Positions 29,287 through 39,172 of a stretch of DNA of 64,000 nucleotides are shown here, piece after piece. The DNA is from an uncultured Candidatus Saccharibacteria bacterium (GTDB lineage: Bacteria; Patescibacteriota; Saccharimonadia; CAILAD01; BJGX01): NCBI GenBank assembly GCA_964637185.1, contig CAZWVB010000002.1, positions 1,375 to 65,374 of the forward strand, in the 5' to 3' direction. The notes beneath the pieces are model-generated. The model was not told the origin of the DNA, searched no databases, and saw only the letters and a list, made by a program, of their open reading frames with translations. How positions within the stretch are numbered: position 1 is the first letter of the stretch; each line of letters begins with the position of its first letter. The position numbers and the translations under genes are program-made.

Positions 29287-30768
29287 CTAGTAGTGTATCC
29301 AGACTGGGGTACCAACTGGTGCCCAATTCCAAAGAAATGCTGCTGTTCCCGTCAACAGATTTACACAGCCGTGGCTGCCATTGTAGTGATATGCCTGGGT
29401 GCCGAACCACGACGGTGGTCGCCATGTTGCATCGTGCAGCCCATATCCGCCAGAGAATGGCATCCAATAAGATACAAATACATTGTAGTCATAGCCATAG
29501 ACAGCACCATTCAGATAGCGATTGCGTTCTTTGGTGTATATAGCAAATTGGCCCGTGACGGTTGGTGCGCCATCTTTGCCACTCACCACTGGGGCCGTCA
29601 TTACTACCTGGCCATTTTGCCAGGCGTAAAGTTGCTGATTGCTAAGATTAATCTCTATATACTGAGGATAATCCAGCCCGCCGATAGCCCCGCCAATGCG
29701 TTTGTATTCTGTTTTGTATGGCACTGGCGAGCTGCTAAGCGCAACAGTGGTGTTTTGGTTGTTGATAATAGCGGTATAGATAGCATCGGCCGCGGCAGAC
29801 TGATTGATAGCAGAACCGTCCTTACCGGCCTGTGTCTCTGACTCTTGCCCATTTAGCACGGTTATCTTACGGTTGGTAGGCGGTATATCCACCTGATTGG
29901 CTACAGATTGCAGATAGCCTAATATCTCAGCCTTGGATATATCAACCTTAAGTGCTTTCTGGCTGCCTTCTACCGAAGGCTCAAATACCAACCAATGCCC
30001 GATGTCGGCTCGACTGGGTGAAAAACTACGACCATTGTAGTTGAGAATATAGTTGCGACTCAAATAATTGTTGGTCTGGCTAAGGGCAGCTTCAGCAATT
30101 GACTTATTTATCGGCGCCTGAATAGCGGTAGGCCCAATGCTCACTGTAGTGTCACGCCCATCAGCCATTGCGCTGGTCAACACATTGGCTAACTGGCTTG
30201 GATCAATAGCAATTCCTGGTTGATCAGCAACTACACTAGGGTTACCATCCTCTATAACGATGGTGGCATTGACAGGATCCTTGCCCTTTTCCCCAACGGC
30301 CGCTGTTGCAAATTTCTTGAGTTGTGCCTGGTCAAATCTATAAGCTAACCCCAATTGCCCACGCTTGTGCATATCTAACAAACCAGTAAGTGCTATTGGG
30401 CCATTACGACCGACACTATAAGCTAGATCAGCTGTCTGAACTGGATCATAGCTAGCACCAAAATCACTGTTATTGGCTATTATTGCCTCATTACCAACCT
30501 TTACTGTAACGGTTCGAGTACCAGACTTCTTGCGTAGTAGTTCAATAGCCTGAGCTCTGGTTTTAAAACTCAGATCTGTGCCTGCCACACTCACGCCAGG
30601 ATATATCACACCAGAAGTAACACTAGCCACCACCGCATTGGCTAACACTAAAGTTCCTATCACTCCTAACAACACAAAAGCCAAACGGGCATATAGGTGA
30701 GGCTTTTGGCCGGATTTACTAAGCCCCTTGGGCAAACTCAAAAAATGTTTATAAGCAGGCACAGTCAT
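29287..30768 (-). CDS. L,D-transpeptidase (YkuD) with PG-binding-type repeats
   Basis: N-terminal TM, IYPGVSVAG, YIEINLSNQ, PTVTGQF, GLHDA...SHGCVN catalytic motif. Confidence 0.92.
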   Translation of the reverse strand: MTVPAYKHFLSLPKGLSKSGQKPHLYARLAFVLLGVIGTLVLANAVVASVTSGVIYPGVSVAGTDLSFKTRAQAIELLRKKSGTRTVTVKVGNEAIIANNSDFGASYDPVQTADLAYSVGRNGPIALTGLLDMHKRGQLGLAYRFDQAQLKKFATAAVGEKGKDPVNATIVIEDGNPSVVADQPGIAIDPSQLANVLTSAMADGRDTTVSIGPTAIQAPINKSIAEAALSQTNNYLSRNYILNYNGRSFSPSRADIGHWLVFEPSVEGSQKALKVDISKAEILGYLQSVANQVDIPPTNRKITVLNGQESETQAGKDGSAINQSAAADAIYTAIINNQNTTVALSSSPVPYKTEYKRIGGAIGGLDYPQYIEINLSNQQLYAWQNGQVVMTAPVVSGKDGAPTVTGQFAIYTKERNRYLNGAVYGYDYNVFVSYWMPFSGGYGLHDATWRPPSWFGTQAYHYNGSHGCVNLLTGTAAFLWNWAPVGTPVWIHY

Positions 30769-30801
30769 TGGATATATTATACTGCTTATGATTTAACTAG
30801 G

Positions 30802-33531
30802 CTAGCAGACTTTGATATCAGCCAGAGATTCTAATTGAGATAATTTTGCGATAAATTTTTGTACGGCAGCATTGATATTCTTGGCATCAGGTTTTTCGCC
30901 AAGGTCCATTACTAGCTGTATGGTAATTCTTTTGCGGCGCTCTTTTTTGAGCTCGTCATCTTGATACTCACCAATATATTTCGCAATCACGATATCGCTT
31001 TGTTTGACAGCTACTGTACTAAAATCTTGCCATAACACTAACTGATTGCATTCCACCGTCAAATCCCTAAGCACGAGAGGGTAAGCAGGTAACTTTCGAA
31101 TAGTACGCTCTACCACCTGACTTCGCAAATCAGCAATATTGATTTCCAAATATGATAGCTCACGACGCACACCAAACGCAGTTGATACACGTGGATGTAG
31201 TTGTCCTATCACGCCTATCTCATGACCTTGATATTTAACAATCGCCTGACGGCCCTTTATCATGTCAGGGCGGTCACTACGATGCAACAGGCTATTATCA
31301 AACCCAATTTTATCTAACACGGCTTTGAGCCTGGTGTAGCTATCACTGCCAAAAGAAGTGGCTGCCAATGCCCAATTCTCACCAACTTTTGTGGGTTTGT
31401 TGAGCCAACTTTGTATTCTTGAGATCTCAAAAAATAGTCCGGATTCAGTGTCGGCTTGATTATTGCGAACCACCTGTAGATGACTTGGCATCAAACTAGT
31501 GCGGATCAAAGCCTGTTCTTTTTGCAACGGGTTGGCAACTGCTAGCGCATTATCAATATTTACACCAACCATATTTAGTGCCTCTTCAGATACAAAAGAG
31601 TATGTTACAACCTCTTGAGCTCCAATGTCTACCAACTGCTGTTTAAGTCTAAGAATATTAATAAGCTGCTGATGAGAGCCTGTCGGGGTAGGTGGCAAAC
31701 TTGGCAAAGTGTCAGGCATATTATCATAGCCGACTATTTTAACTGATTCCTCTATCAAGTCTTCTTCCAACTTGATGTCACTACGCCACCACGGCACCTG
31801 GACGGCTATGATATGGTTGAAACTATCCAAATATCTACGGGCCCCGATGTAGCCTCGACGTTGCTTAAATTCCTGCAAAGATGTATATCTTACTTTGCCA
31901 ACACTTTTTTTGGCTTCTATAACCTTATTGCTACCCAAAAACATGGCTACATGGCTGACATTGTGACGCTGTTTGGCCAATTTGGGGTCACTGATGCCAC
32001 CTGCTACAAACAACAGATCACCTGGCTTGAGTCTATCTCCGTCAGTAAGCTCACGACCGTTGGTAGACTGCTGATAAGCACTGTGGCCTATCATCAAACC
32101 TAGCTTGGAGTAAATCCGCTCGGTTAGGTAGCTACAATCAAATGCTTCCTCGCCATCCACTTTATACGACGCACCCCACTTATATGGTTTGCCGAGGTGT
32201 TTTTTGGCCTCAGCTGTCAGCGAGAAATGCTCAGCTTCAAAGCCACGCTTTGTCAGGCCATCCAAGATTTGTTTTTCATCCACCTCCATGCCTAGTATCT
32301 TCTCAGCCCGGCGCATTCGCATTGCAGCCAGCTGGACCCAAGGCCAGACATACAATTGATCGTGCGGTGCCTCAAGCATCTCAGCATCACAAATTTCGGT
32401 CATCAATTCTACTAGTCGATTGGCAGCGACCGGTTGAAGGGGGAGTGGTAAGCCGCGCTCAAATCTAGAGCTTGCTTCGGTGCGCACACTATTACGTAGC
32501 GCCGATTTACGCACGACAGTTTTATCAAAATTTGCCACTTCTAAAACCACCTCTGTGGTGTTCGTATCGCATTCGGTATCACTGCCACCGATCACGCCAG
32601 CAATGCCAACGACCTTTTTACTATCGGCTATTACCAAGTCATCTTTCACCAGTTGACGCGTTTTACCATCCAAGCAGGGAAGTGACTCGCCAGCTTTTGC
32701 CCATCGTACCTGCAGATCGTCTTGTAGTTTATTAGCATCGTAGGCATGGCTGGGCTGCCCATATTCCAACATTACAAAATTGGTAATATCAACCACTGGG
32801 TTGATACTACGTAGCCCGTTTGACTCCAAGTTATCCACAAGCCACTTGGGTGTTGGCTTGGCATTGTTTAACTTAAGATGCACCGTAATCATCCTGCTGC
32901 AAACTTTGGTATCCTCTATTTTTACTCGCTCTTTTTTATCGTAGTCCAAGTCCTCCTGCTTGGGTTCTGCCAACTGGCACGGCCTATGGGAATTGGCCGA
33001 AATTTCACGGGCCAATCCAATCAATGACAAGGTATCCCAACGATTCGGATGGGTCTTGATGTCCAGGATATCTCCAAAATTCTCTATGTCGCACAATGAT
33101 TTACCAAGCGGTAGGTCAGGGGAAAGTTCCATCAGCCCGTTGTGGTCATCGTTAATACCAAGCTCTGCTGCCGAGCACAGCATGCCCTCGCTCAGCTCGC
33201 CACGAATCTTAGCTTTGGCTATTTTGGTTTGGTCGGGCAACACTGCGCCAACTTTTGCCAATACCACAATTTGATCTTCTGCTAAATTGGGTGCGCCACA
33301 CACAATGTGATAGGTTTTTTTACTGTCGGTCACTAGCGCTAGCCTCAGTCGATCGGCATTTGGATGTGGGTTTACTTCCAATACTTGTGCAACTATTACA
33401 AGCTCGTCCCAGATCGGTGGCTTGATTACTTCTTCAAGTTCGATTTCTGTTCGTTCTATAGCCTGCGCAATTTCATCAGTGGATAAGGCTGGCTTGAGAT
33501 ATTTATTGAGTGAATATATGCTGATTTTCAT
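30802..33531 (-). CDS. pheT: Phenylalanyl-tRNA synthetase beta subunit with inserted NlpC/P60 domain
   Basis: HPNADRL, IVCGAPN, SEGMLCS, INPVVDITN, SSRFERG, VPWWRSDI..EEDLIEE. Extra ~130 aa at ~31828-32220. Confidence 0.95.
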   Translation of the reverse strand: MKISIYSLNKYLKPALSTDEIAQAIERTEIELEEVIKPPIWDELVIVAQVLEVNPHPNADRLRLALVTDSKKTYHIVCGAPNLAEDQIVVLAKVGAVLPDQTKIAKAKIRGELSEGMLCSAAELGINDDHNGLMELSPDLPLGKSLCDIENFGDILDIKTHPNRWDTLSLIGLAREISANSHRPCQLAEPKQEDLDYDKKERVKIEDTKVCSRMITVHLKLNNAKPTPKWLVDNLESNGLRSINPVVDITNFVMLEYGQPSHAYDANKLQDDLQVRWAKAGESLPCLDGKTRQLVKDDLVIADSKKVVGIAGVIGGSDTECDTNTTEVVLEVANFDKTVVRKSALRNSVRTEASSRFERGLPLPLQPVAANRLVELMTEICDAEMLEAPHDQLYVWPWVQLAAMRMRRAEKILGMEVDEKQILDGLTKRGFEAEHFSLTAEAKKHLGKPYKWGASYKVDGEEAFDCSYLTERIYSKLGLMIGHSAYQQSTNGRELTDGDRLKPGDLLFVAGGISDPKLAKQRHNVSHVAMFLGSNKVIEAKKSVGKVRYTSLQEFKQRRGYIGARRYLDSFNHIIAVQVPWWRSDIKLEEDLIEESVKIVGYDNMPDTLPSLPPTPTGSHQQLINILRLKQQLVDIGAQEVVTYSFVSEEALNMVGVNIDNALAVANPLQKEQALIRTSLMPSHLQVVRNNQADTESGLFFEISRIQSWLNKPTKVGENWALAATSFGSDSYTRLKAVLDKIGFDNSLLHRSDRPDMIKGRQAIVKYQGHEIGVIGQLHPRVSTAFGVRRELSYLEINIADLRSQVVERTIRKLPAYPLVLRDLTVECNQLVLWQDFSTVAVKQSDIVIAKYIGEYQDDELKKERRKRITIQLVMDLGEKPDAKNINAAVQKFIAKLSQLESLADIKVC

Positions 33532-33540
33532 ATTGTTAGC

Positions 33541-34521
33541 CTAAAATTGTGATAGATACCTCAGATTGGGTCGCCAGAGTTGGCGAATATCATTGAGCCC
33601 ATACCTAATAGCTGCAAAACGCTCAGGCCCCCAACCAAAGGCAAAACCACTGTATTTCTCAGGATCTATTCCCCCATTGTTCAACACTTGTGGGTGCACC
33701 ATGCCAGCACCACCGAGTTCTAGCCATTTTCCATTGTGCCAACCGTCAAATTCTACTGATGGCTCAGTGTACGGAAAGTAGTTGGCGCGAAATCTGATCT
33801 TAGCATCCTCCCCAAGTAGTCGCTGCATTACTCTAGTCAATGTGCCTTTAAGATCAGACATACTTACACCCTCGCCCACTACGAGGCCTTCCACCTGATA
33901 AAACTCCCATGAGTGAGTAGCGTCTTCGTCTTCATTGCGAAATACCTTACCTGGTACTATTATTTTAAATGGCGGCTTGTTTTGCTCCATATATCTGACT
34001 TGCATACCTGATGTATGGGTGCGTGGCAGTAGATCTAGCTTGGGGGTATCTATGTAGAAGGTATCTTGCATATCACGAGCAGGATGATCAGGTGCAATAT
34101 TCAAAGCCTCGAAGTTATACCAGTCAGTCTCGATTTCATTACTATCTACGATAGCAAACCCCAACTCTGTAAACACCTGATATGTCTCAGCAAGCATTTG
34201 AGTGGTTGGGTGTAGAGCGGCCTTGTTGTTTTCTATTTTACCTGGGGCTGATACGTCTATGGGGTCAAATTCCAAATCAGATTCGATATTTGCCAATCTA
34301 GCTTGAAACAACCCCTCCAGCTTTGACTTGAGTTGATTGATTTGCGCACCTGCTACTGCGCGTTCACCCTGATCTGTCTTTTTTAGGTCTTTCAGGAGAC
34401 GAGCCACCAAACCATCACTCCCGAGATATTGGCTTTTTACATCCAAAAGCTCATTCTTAGTTGTGGCAGCATCGGCCTTACTTTTGGCCTTTCCTAGATC
34501 AGCTTCCCATTGTTTATTCAT
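33541..34521 (-). CDS. pheS: Phenylalanyl-tRNA synthetase alpha subunit
   Basis: HPARDMQDTFY, RTHTS, DATHS.EF.QVEG, FPYTEPS, GFAFGWGPER. Confidence 0.97.
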   Translation of the reverse strand: MNKQWEADLGKAKSKADAATTKNELLDVKSQYLGSDGLVARLLKDLKKTDQGERAVAGAQINQLKSKLEGLFQARLANIESDLEFDPIDVSAPGKIENNKAALHPTTQMLAETYQVFTELGFAIVDSNEIETDWYNFEALNIAPDHPARDMQDTFYIDTPKLDLLPRTHTSGMQVRYMEQNKPPFKIIVPGKVFRNEDEDATHSWEFYQVEGLVVGEGVSMSDLKGTLTRVMQRLLGEDAKIRFRANYFPYTEPSVEFDGWHNGKWLELGGAGMVHPQVLNNGGIDPEKYSGFAFGWGPERFAAIRYGLNDIRQLWRPNLRYLSQF

Positions 34522-34913
34522 TGTTCTGTTTTGCTCCTTGTACGAAAATACAGTTCGATAATTACCACAGTCAAAATAAACAAAATCATATCACGAATAG
34601 TAAGACTCTTCAAACTCATCAATCCAATAAGCAACGTCAAGCAAAGTGAGCTTAGCAACCCTACCCTCAAACCATCTTTCAAACATTGATTATGCTTTTC
34701 GCGCCAGGTTTGTTTTCTCATACGCCAAATGTAAAAAATCATGCTAATTAGTGAAGCCGCAAATACAAAAAAGAATAGAAACCAAATAGTTACACCAACT
34801 GGTCCAAGCTGTTTTGGTGAGGTTGCACCAATCAAATAGCCCAGAACTGCTCCAGTAATCGTTACCACTATCAGCTGTATTATCATAGGTAGCCAAATAG
34901 ATCGATTCTTCAT
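34518..34913 (-). CDS. Small four-TM membrane protein, hypothetical
   Basis: Four hydrophobic segments. ATG at 34913 is 7 nt after GATAAT. ATGA overlap with pheS. Confidence 0.7.
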   Translation of the reverse strand: MKNRSIWLPMIIQLIVVTITGAVLGYLIGATSPKQLGPVGVTIWFLFFFVFAASLISMIFYIWRMRKQTWREKHNQCLKDGLRVGLLSSLCLTLLIGLMSLKSLTIRDMILFILTVVIIELYFRTRSKTEQ

Positions 34914-35140
34914 AACTACAATTATCTCACGATTTTGATAAGGTTTGTATATCTTGACGTAGCAACATTCAGCTGTGGATATGTCGAACACACATATTAT
35001 TTAAATAAAAGGTGCAGTATATCGTACACAAAGATTGTTCTAAATGCGTGAACAACATATTTATATCGTCAGCGTAATATCATTTCAGTGCATACACATT
35101 ATTTTTGTTATCTAGCTGTAACACTAATGTCACAATCTCC

Positions 35141-35169
35141 AAACAAAAAACCACCCGTTTGGGTGGTTT
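35141..35169 (-). terminator. Intrinsic terminator
   Basis: Stem AAACCACCC/GGGTGGTTT followed by a U-tract on the minus strand. Confidence 0.8.
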
Positions 35170-35638
35170 CTAATAAATACTTGGTTACGGGCCGACGCAT
35201 CCACTCTTTATAGATGTTATGAAACAACATTAGCGGGCATCGGCCCGGAGCATGACTCTCAATCAGAGATCGAAAGTCATAGAGAGGTCGGTCGTTCTAT
35301 TTCACTTGTATGTAATACCCTCCTGGCGTTAAGTGTTGTAGATCATCCGACTGGCTTCCCAACCATTCGTTTGGCAGCCAGCCAGATCTCGCGCCCCGAA
35401 ACATCGAGACGCAAGTACTGGCCAGCTCCGGCAGAATGGAAAAAAGCGAGTGCTTATTTTGGTCCAAGGCAAAAGCACTACCACTCCTAGAACAGTAGGG
35501 AAAATTCGGCGCTAAAAACAAGGGGGCTGTTCTTAGTGCCGAAGTTACCCTACTGTACACTCAACAGCTTTGTAGTTCAGCTGTTATTTTTTGTTGGCTG
35601 CAAGCAAGTTTTGTTTTTGTTTTTAATGAGCTACGTTT
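35141..35638 (-). ncRNA. Candidate large structured ncRNA (~490 nt), family not recognised
   Basis: Bounded by a near-consensus promoter and an intrinsic terminator. At least six hairpins, no credible ORF. Confidence 0.6.
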
Positions 35639-35644
35639 AAAGAT

Positions 35645-35673
35645 AGTATAGCATAGTGCTTATGCTTAGTCAA
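35645..35673 (-). promoter_or_regulatory. Sigma70-type promoter with extended -10
   Basis: TTGACT(35673-35668)-17 bp (ending TGC)-TATACT(35650-35645). Confidence 0.75.
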
Positions 35674-35725
35674 CTACTTTTGATGTATTTTATTACTTTT
35701 ACTCGAGAGAAAACTGGTGACTTTT

Positions 35726-36706
35726 TTACAACAAACCAATCTTTTCTTTTACTTCTGCAAGTTTTGGATTGGCTATGGCAGATGCTTTGCGGGCTCCGTC
35801 AGCAATAATTGACTTCAACTTTTCCTCATTACTCATAAGTTCTCTAAATCTTTTCTGCAAAGGCATTAATTCACCTATTAGTGTTTGGGCGAGGTCTTTT
35901 TTGAAGTCCCCATAACCTTTGCCTGCGTATTTCTTCTCAATTTCTATCACATCGACTTTTGTTATTGCTGAGTATATCTGTAATAAATTTGTCAGGGCTG
36001 GCTTGTCATCGCTTGACTGTACCTCAGCTCCAGAATCAGTCATAGCTTGTTTAACCTTTGTTGATATTTGATCTTCGCTGTCGAGCAACAGTATACTTCC
36101 AGATGATTCTTCACTCTTACTCATTTTGCGGTTTGGGTCTTGCAAGCTCATTATCCTAGCTCCCACTTCTCTTACCAAAGGACGCGGGACTACGAATGTT
36201 TTTCCATATAGGTTGTTAAACCTATCAGCAACATCTCGTGCCAGCTCAACATGCTGCTTCTGATCCTCCCCTGTTGGCACAAAATCAGCACTGTAAAGCA
36301 ATATATCTGAGGCCATTAGTATTGGGTAGGTAAATAAGGCCACTATCTGTCCAGCGTCTCCATTACGGCTGCTTTTATCTTTATACTGAGTCTGCCTAGA
36401 TAGCTCACCCATAGTGACGTAATTGTTTAATATCCAGCAAAGTTCGGCATGAGCAGTTACATCAGACTGTACAAACAGTATACTTTTGTCAGTATCGATG
36501 CCCGCTGCAATCAACCATGCAACATTCGCAAGTGTCTCCCTTCTCAATCGCTCTGGATTTGGGCGAACATTCAAAGAGTGTAGATCTGGAACAAAGTAAA
36601 TTGTTTCGCCTTCTTGCTGGTATTCTACCCACGGCTTAATAGCACCTAGGTAGTTGCCGATATGAAGATTCCCAGTAGCTTGTATACCCGAATAGTAACG
36701 TTTCAT
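35726..36706 (-). CDS. trpS: Tryptophanyl-tRNA synthetase
   Basis: SGIQATG.LHIGNY, YPILMASDI, GEDQKQH, KMSKS. Confidence 0.97.
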   Translation of the reverse strand: MKRYYSGIQATGNLHIGNYLGAIKPWVEYQQEGETIYFVPDLHSLNVRPNPERLRRETLANVAWLIAAGIDTDKSILFVQSDVTAHAELCWILNNYVTMGELSRQTQYKDKSSRNGDAGQIVALFTYPILMASDILLYSADFVPTGEDQKQHVELARDVADRFNNLYGKTFVVPRPLVREVGARIMSLQDPNRKMSKSEESSGSILLLDSEDQISTKVKQAMTDSGAEVQSSDDKPALTNLLQIYSAITKVDVIEIEKKYAGKGYGDFKKDLAQTLIGELMPLQKRFRELMSNEEKLKSIIADGARKASAIANPKLAEVKEKIGLL

Positions 36707-36722
36707 ATCAATACATTATACA

Positions 36723-37796
36723 CTAGTCATCTAACTGCGGCTTATCCAACACGATCTGTTCGACCGACTCCTCGCTGGTAGCAATTTTGACCACATCTTT
36801 GTCCACTTTCTTAAGCTCTTTGTGGGCGTTATTATAATGATTTACCGTAGTACCCAGCGAATTGCCCAGTTTTTGCATGTATTGGTCGTAGTTGGCCAAA
36901 TGTTTACCAAGCTGCCCCACTCTCAACTGGATCTCCTTAGCCTGCTCCTCGATCTGTAAGCTGCGCAAACCCTGCAACACAGTCTGTAAATAAGCCATAA
37001 ACGAGGTAGGTGACACAATTATCACGTGCTTGTCGCGAAATGCATACTCTATAAGATCCTGTGAGCTAGTTTGCATACTCCCCACCTTGTTTATCAATAG
37101 ATCATAATAAATAGCTTCTGAGGGAATAAACATAAAAGCAAAATCCATAGTACTCTCGCTAGGCCTGATATATTTACTTGTTTCATCAATCCTAGTCTTA
37201 AGATCGGTTTTAAATTGCTTGACTAGTAGCTCTCGACGACTTTTATCACTTTCTTCGATCACTCTGTTGTAATTTTCCAAACTAAACTTCGAATCCACTG
37301 GTAGTATCTTGCCTTTTTCCAGCTTTATCACCGCGTCCACTGTTTCACCATCCCGAAACTTGTATTGCAAAGCATACCTATCTGGTGGAAGAACATTTTT
37401 GAGCACTGTATCAAGATAATACTCTCCCAATACACCGCGCTGCTTTGGATTTTGTAGTACGTTTTGCAACGTTTTGAGCTCGTCGGCAACATCTACTACC
37501 CTGCGATTGGTCTCATCAAGCTTGGTAAGGCGCTCCGTTACGTCGGCTATCAATCTAGCTGATTGGCCTATCTGCCTTTGCAGGTTGGCCTGCATAGCCT
37601 CACTATTACGGTCGAGCCTGTCACTTACCTGAGAGTGAGTTTGATTTAGGGCATTTTGAATGCCCTGCAGATCAGCCTTGAGCAGCTGTAGACTATCACC
37701 ACCAATTTGGGTAGTGGGCTTCTTGTATATCAGGTAGATGATGATTCCAAACCCACCTAGTAACACCAAAATAAGTAATACCAATAGTGTATTCAT
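36723..37796 (-). CDS. rmuC: DNA recombination protein RmuC
   Basis: N-terminal TM + coiled coil, NPKQRG.LGE, PVDSKF, FAFMFIPSE, VSPTS. Confidence 0.93.
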   Translation of the reverse strand: MNTLLVLLILVLLGGFGIIIYLIYKKPTTQIGGDSLQLLKADLQGIQNALNQTHSQVSDRLDRNSEAMQANLQRQIGQSARLIADVTERLTKLDETNRRVVDVADELKTLQNVLQNPKQRGVLGEYYLDTVLKNVLPPDRYALQYKFRDGETVDAVIKLEKGKILPVDSKFSLENYNRVIEESDKSRRELLVKQFKTDLKTRIDETSKYIRPSESTMDFAFMFIPSEAIYYDLLINKVGSMQTSSQDLIEYAFRDKHVIIVSPTSFMAYLQTVLQGLRSLQIEEQAKEIQLRVGQLGKHLANYDQYMQKLGNSLGTTVNHYNNAHKELKKVDKDVVKIATSEESVEQIVLDKPQLDD

Positions 37797-37841
37797 AGTT
37801 ATTATTATAATCTATGATGCTTTACGAACACAATACGAAAT

Positions 37842-38684
37842 CTAATCTTCTACAACTCTACCTTTTGGATAGCTACCCAGCACAATTAGCTCATCTGCCA
37901 TATCATATACTTCTCCCAGTAACTGGTAGATGCCGGGCTGATCTATCCCGGCCTCAAAATCTATGTAGAAATAGTAATGCCATATTCTGCCGATATGAGG
38001 ACGTGACTCAAGTTTGCTTAGATTGATATTGCGTTTTGCAAATACACCCAGCAGATTATACAGCGCTCCAGGTTTGTCCTTGAGTGTTAGTACGATGCTA
38101 GTTTTATTGGCACCATCGACAGGTTTATTCGACTTATTTAGTACTATAAATCTAGTGTAGTTTTGATTGTTAGCCTCGATATGATCAGCCAGCACTGACA
38201 TGCCATGCAGATGAGCCGCTGCCTCGGAGCCTATCGCTGCCTGCGACTTGTCTCCAGCTTGAGATACAAACTCAACACTTTCGGCAGTATCATTGCGCTC
38301 AAACAACTCAGCTTGGGGTAGTTTCTCATGTAGATAGCTCTGTGCCTCAGATAGCGCTACAGGGTGCGAATAGACTCTATTAATATCTTTGAGATTCACA
38401 CCTTCAAATCCGATCAGTTTCAGCTCAATTTGCATGTACAGCTCAGCCACGATATTCAATTTACTTTTGCGCAACAGATCATATACTTCTGTAATACTAC
38501 CTGCCAATGAGTTTTCGATTGCTACGATTGCATAATCAGCTTTGTTGGTGGATAGCGCATCAAAAGTCTCTGGAAACCATTCACATGGCACCAAACCAAT
38601 GTCTTTTCCAAATATAGTATGCGTCGCTAGAGCATGGTAAGACCCTTCTTGGCCTTGTATAGCGACTCGTTTTGGTACTGCCAT
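37842..38684 (-). CDS. pheA: Prephenate dehydratase (PDT + ACT)
   Basis: AIQG..GSY, IENSLAGS, VYSHPVAL, NYTRF, KPGALY, LSKLESRP. Confidence 0.92.
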   Translation of the reverse strand: MAVPKRVAIQGQEGSYHALATHTIFGKDIGLVPCEWFPETFDALSTNKADYAIVAIENSLAGSITEVYDLLRKSKLNIVAELYMQIELKLIGFEGVNLKDINRVYSHPVALSEAQSYLHEKLPQAELFERNDTAESVEFVSQAGDKSQAAIGSEAAAHLHGMSVLADHIEANNQNYTRFIVLNKSNKPVDGANKTSIVLTLKDKPGALYNLLGVFAKRNINLSKLESRPHIGRIWHYYFYIDFEAGIDQPGIYQLLGEVYDMADELIVLGSYPKGRVVED

Positions 38685-38718
38685 GACTGGCAATTATAGC
38701 GCAAATATATCTGTTGGG

Positions 38719-39048
38719 CTAGAGATCTTTAATAGCGCGTCGCAAGGCCTGGATCAGAGCAACCACTAGCAATACAAAAAACGCCACAAACAGTGCATAC
38801 TGTAGATATATCATCAACAACAGCAGCAAGCCATCTGGCGAGGTTTCACCAGGAAAGAATATCCAATATACAACTGTTTTAATAAGTTGGCTTAATAGCA
38901 AGACAGAAAATGCCATCAGAACATAGTGTATGGGCTTAAATCGCCCCGTAGCAGCAACTGATTCAGTAATTTTCTGGTAACACACTGGCTGGGGCATGTT
39001 TTTCACTGCCAACTTTTTTGGGGTTTTTACATTCCTAGTTGATTTCAT
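38719..39048 (-). CDS. Small two-TM membrane protein, hypothetical
   Basis: Two hydrophobic helices. TTGACA-17-TAATAT promoter ends 6 nt before the ATG. Confidence 0.65.
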   Translation of the reverse strand: MKSTRNVKTPKKLAVKNMPQPVCYQKITESVAATGRFKPIHYVLMAFSVLLLSQLIKTVVYWIFFPGETSPDGLLLLLMIYLQYALFVAFFVLLVVALIQALRRAIKDL

Positions 39049-39172
39049 GTCGATATATTATCATATATACATAGTTTTGTCAATACTGTAAATATGTTGT
39101 TCAAGTAGAATATTTTTATACTTATGCTTATATAAAGGCTCTATGGAGGATAGATTTACTTTGCAATTATAA

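Noticed and set aside
34920-35140. Replication origin in the AT-rich gap
   Set aside because: Only one imperfect DnaA-box-like 9-mer (TGTGGATAT), and no dnaA or dnaN nearby.
35297-35560. 87-aa ORF inside the structured region
   Set aside because: GTG start without SD, no recognisable motif, and it lies wholly within paired stems.
35141-35640. T-box riboswitch for pheST (GGGTGG near the terminator)
   Set aside because: The T-box consensus GGTGGNACC is not met (GGTGGTTTT). The terminator is ~230 nt from the next gene, which has its own -10-like box.
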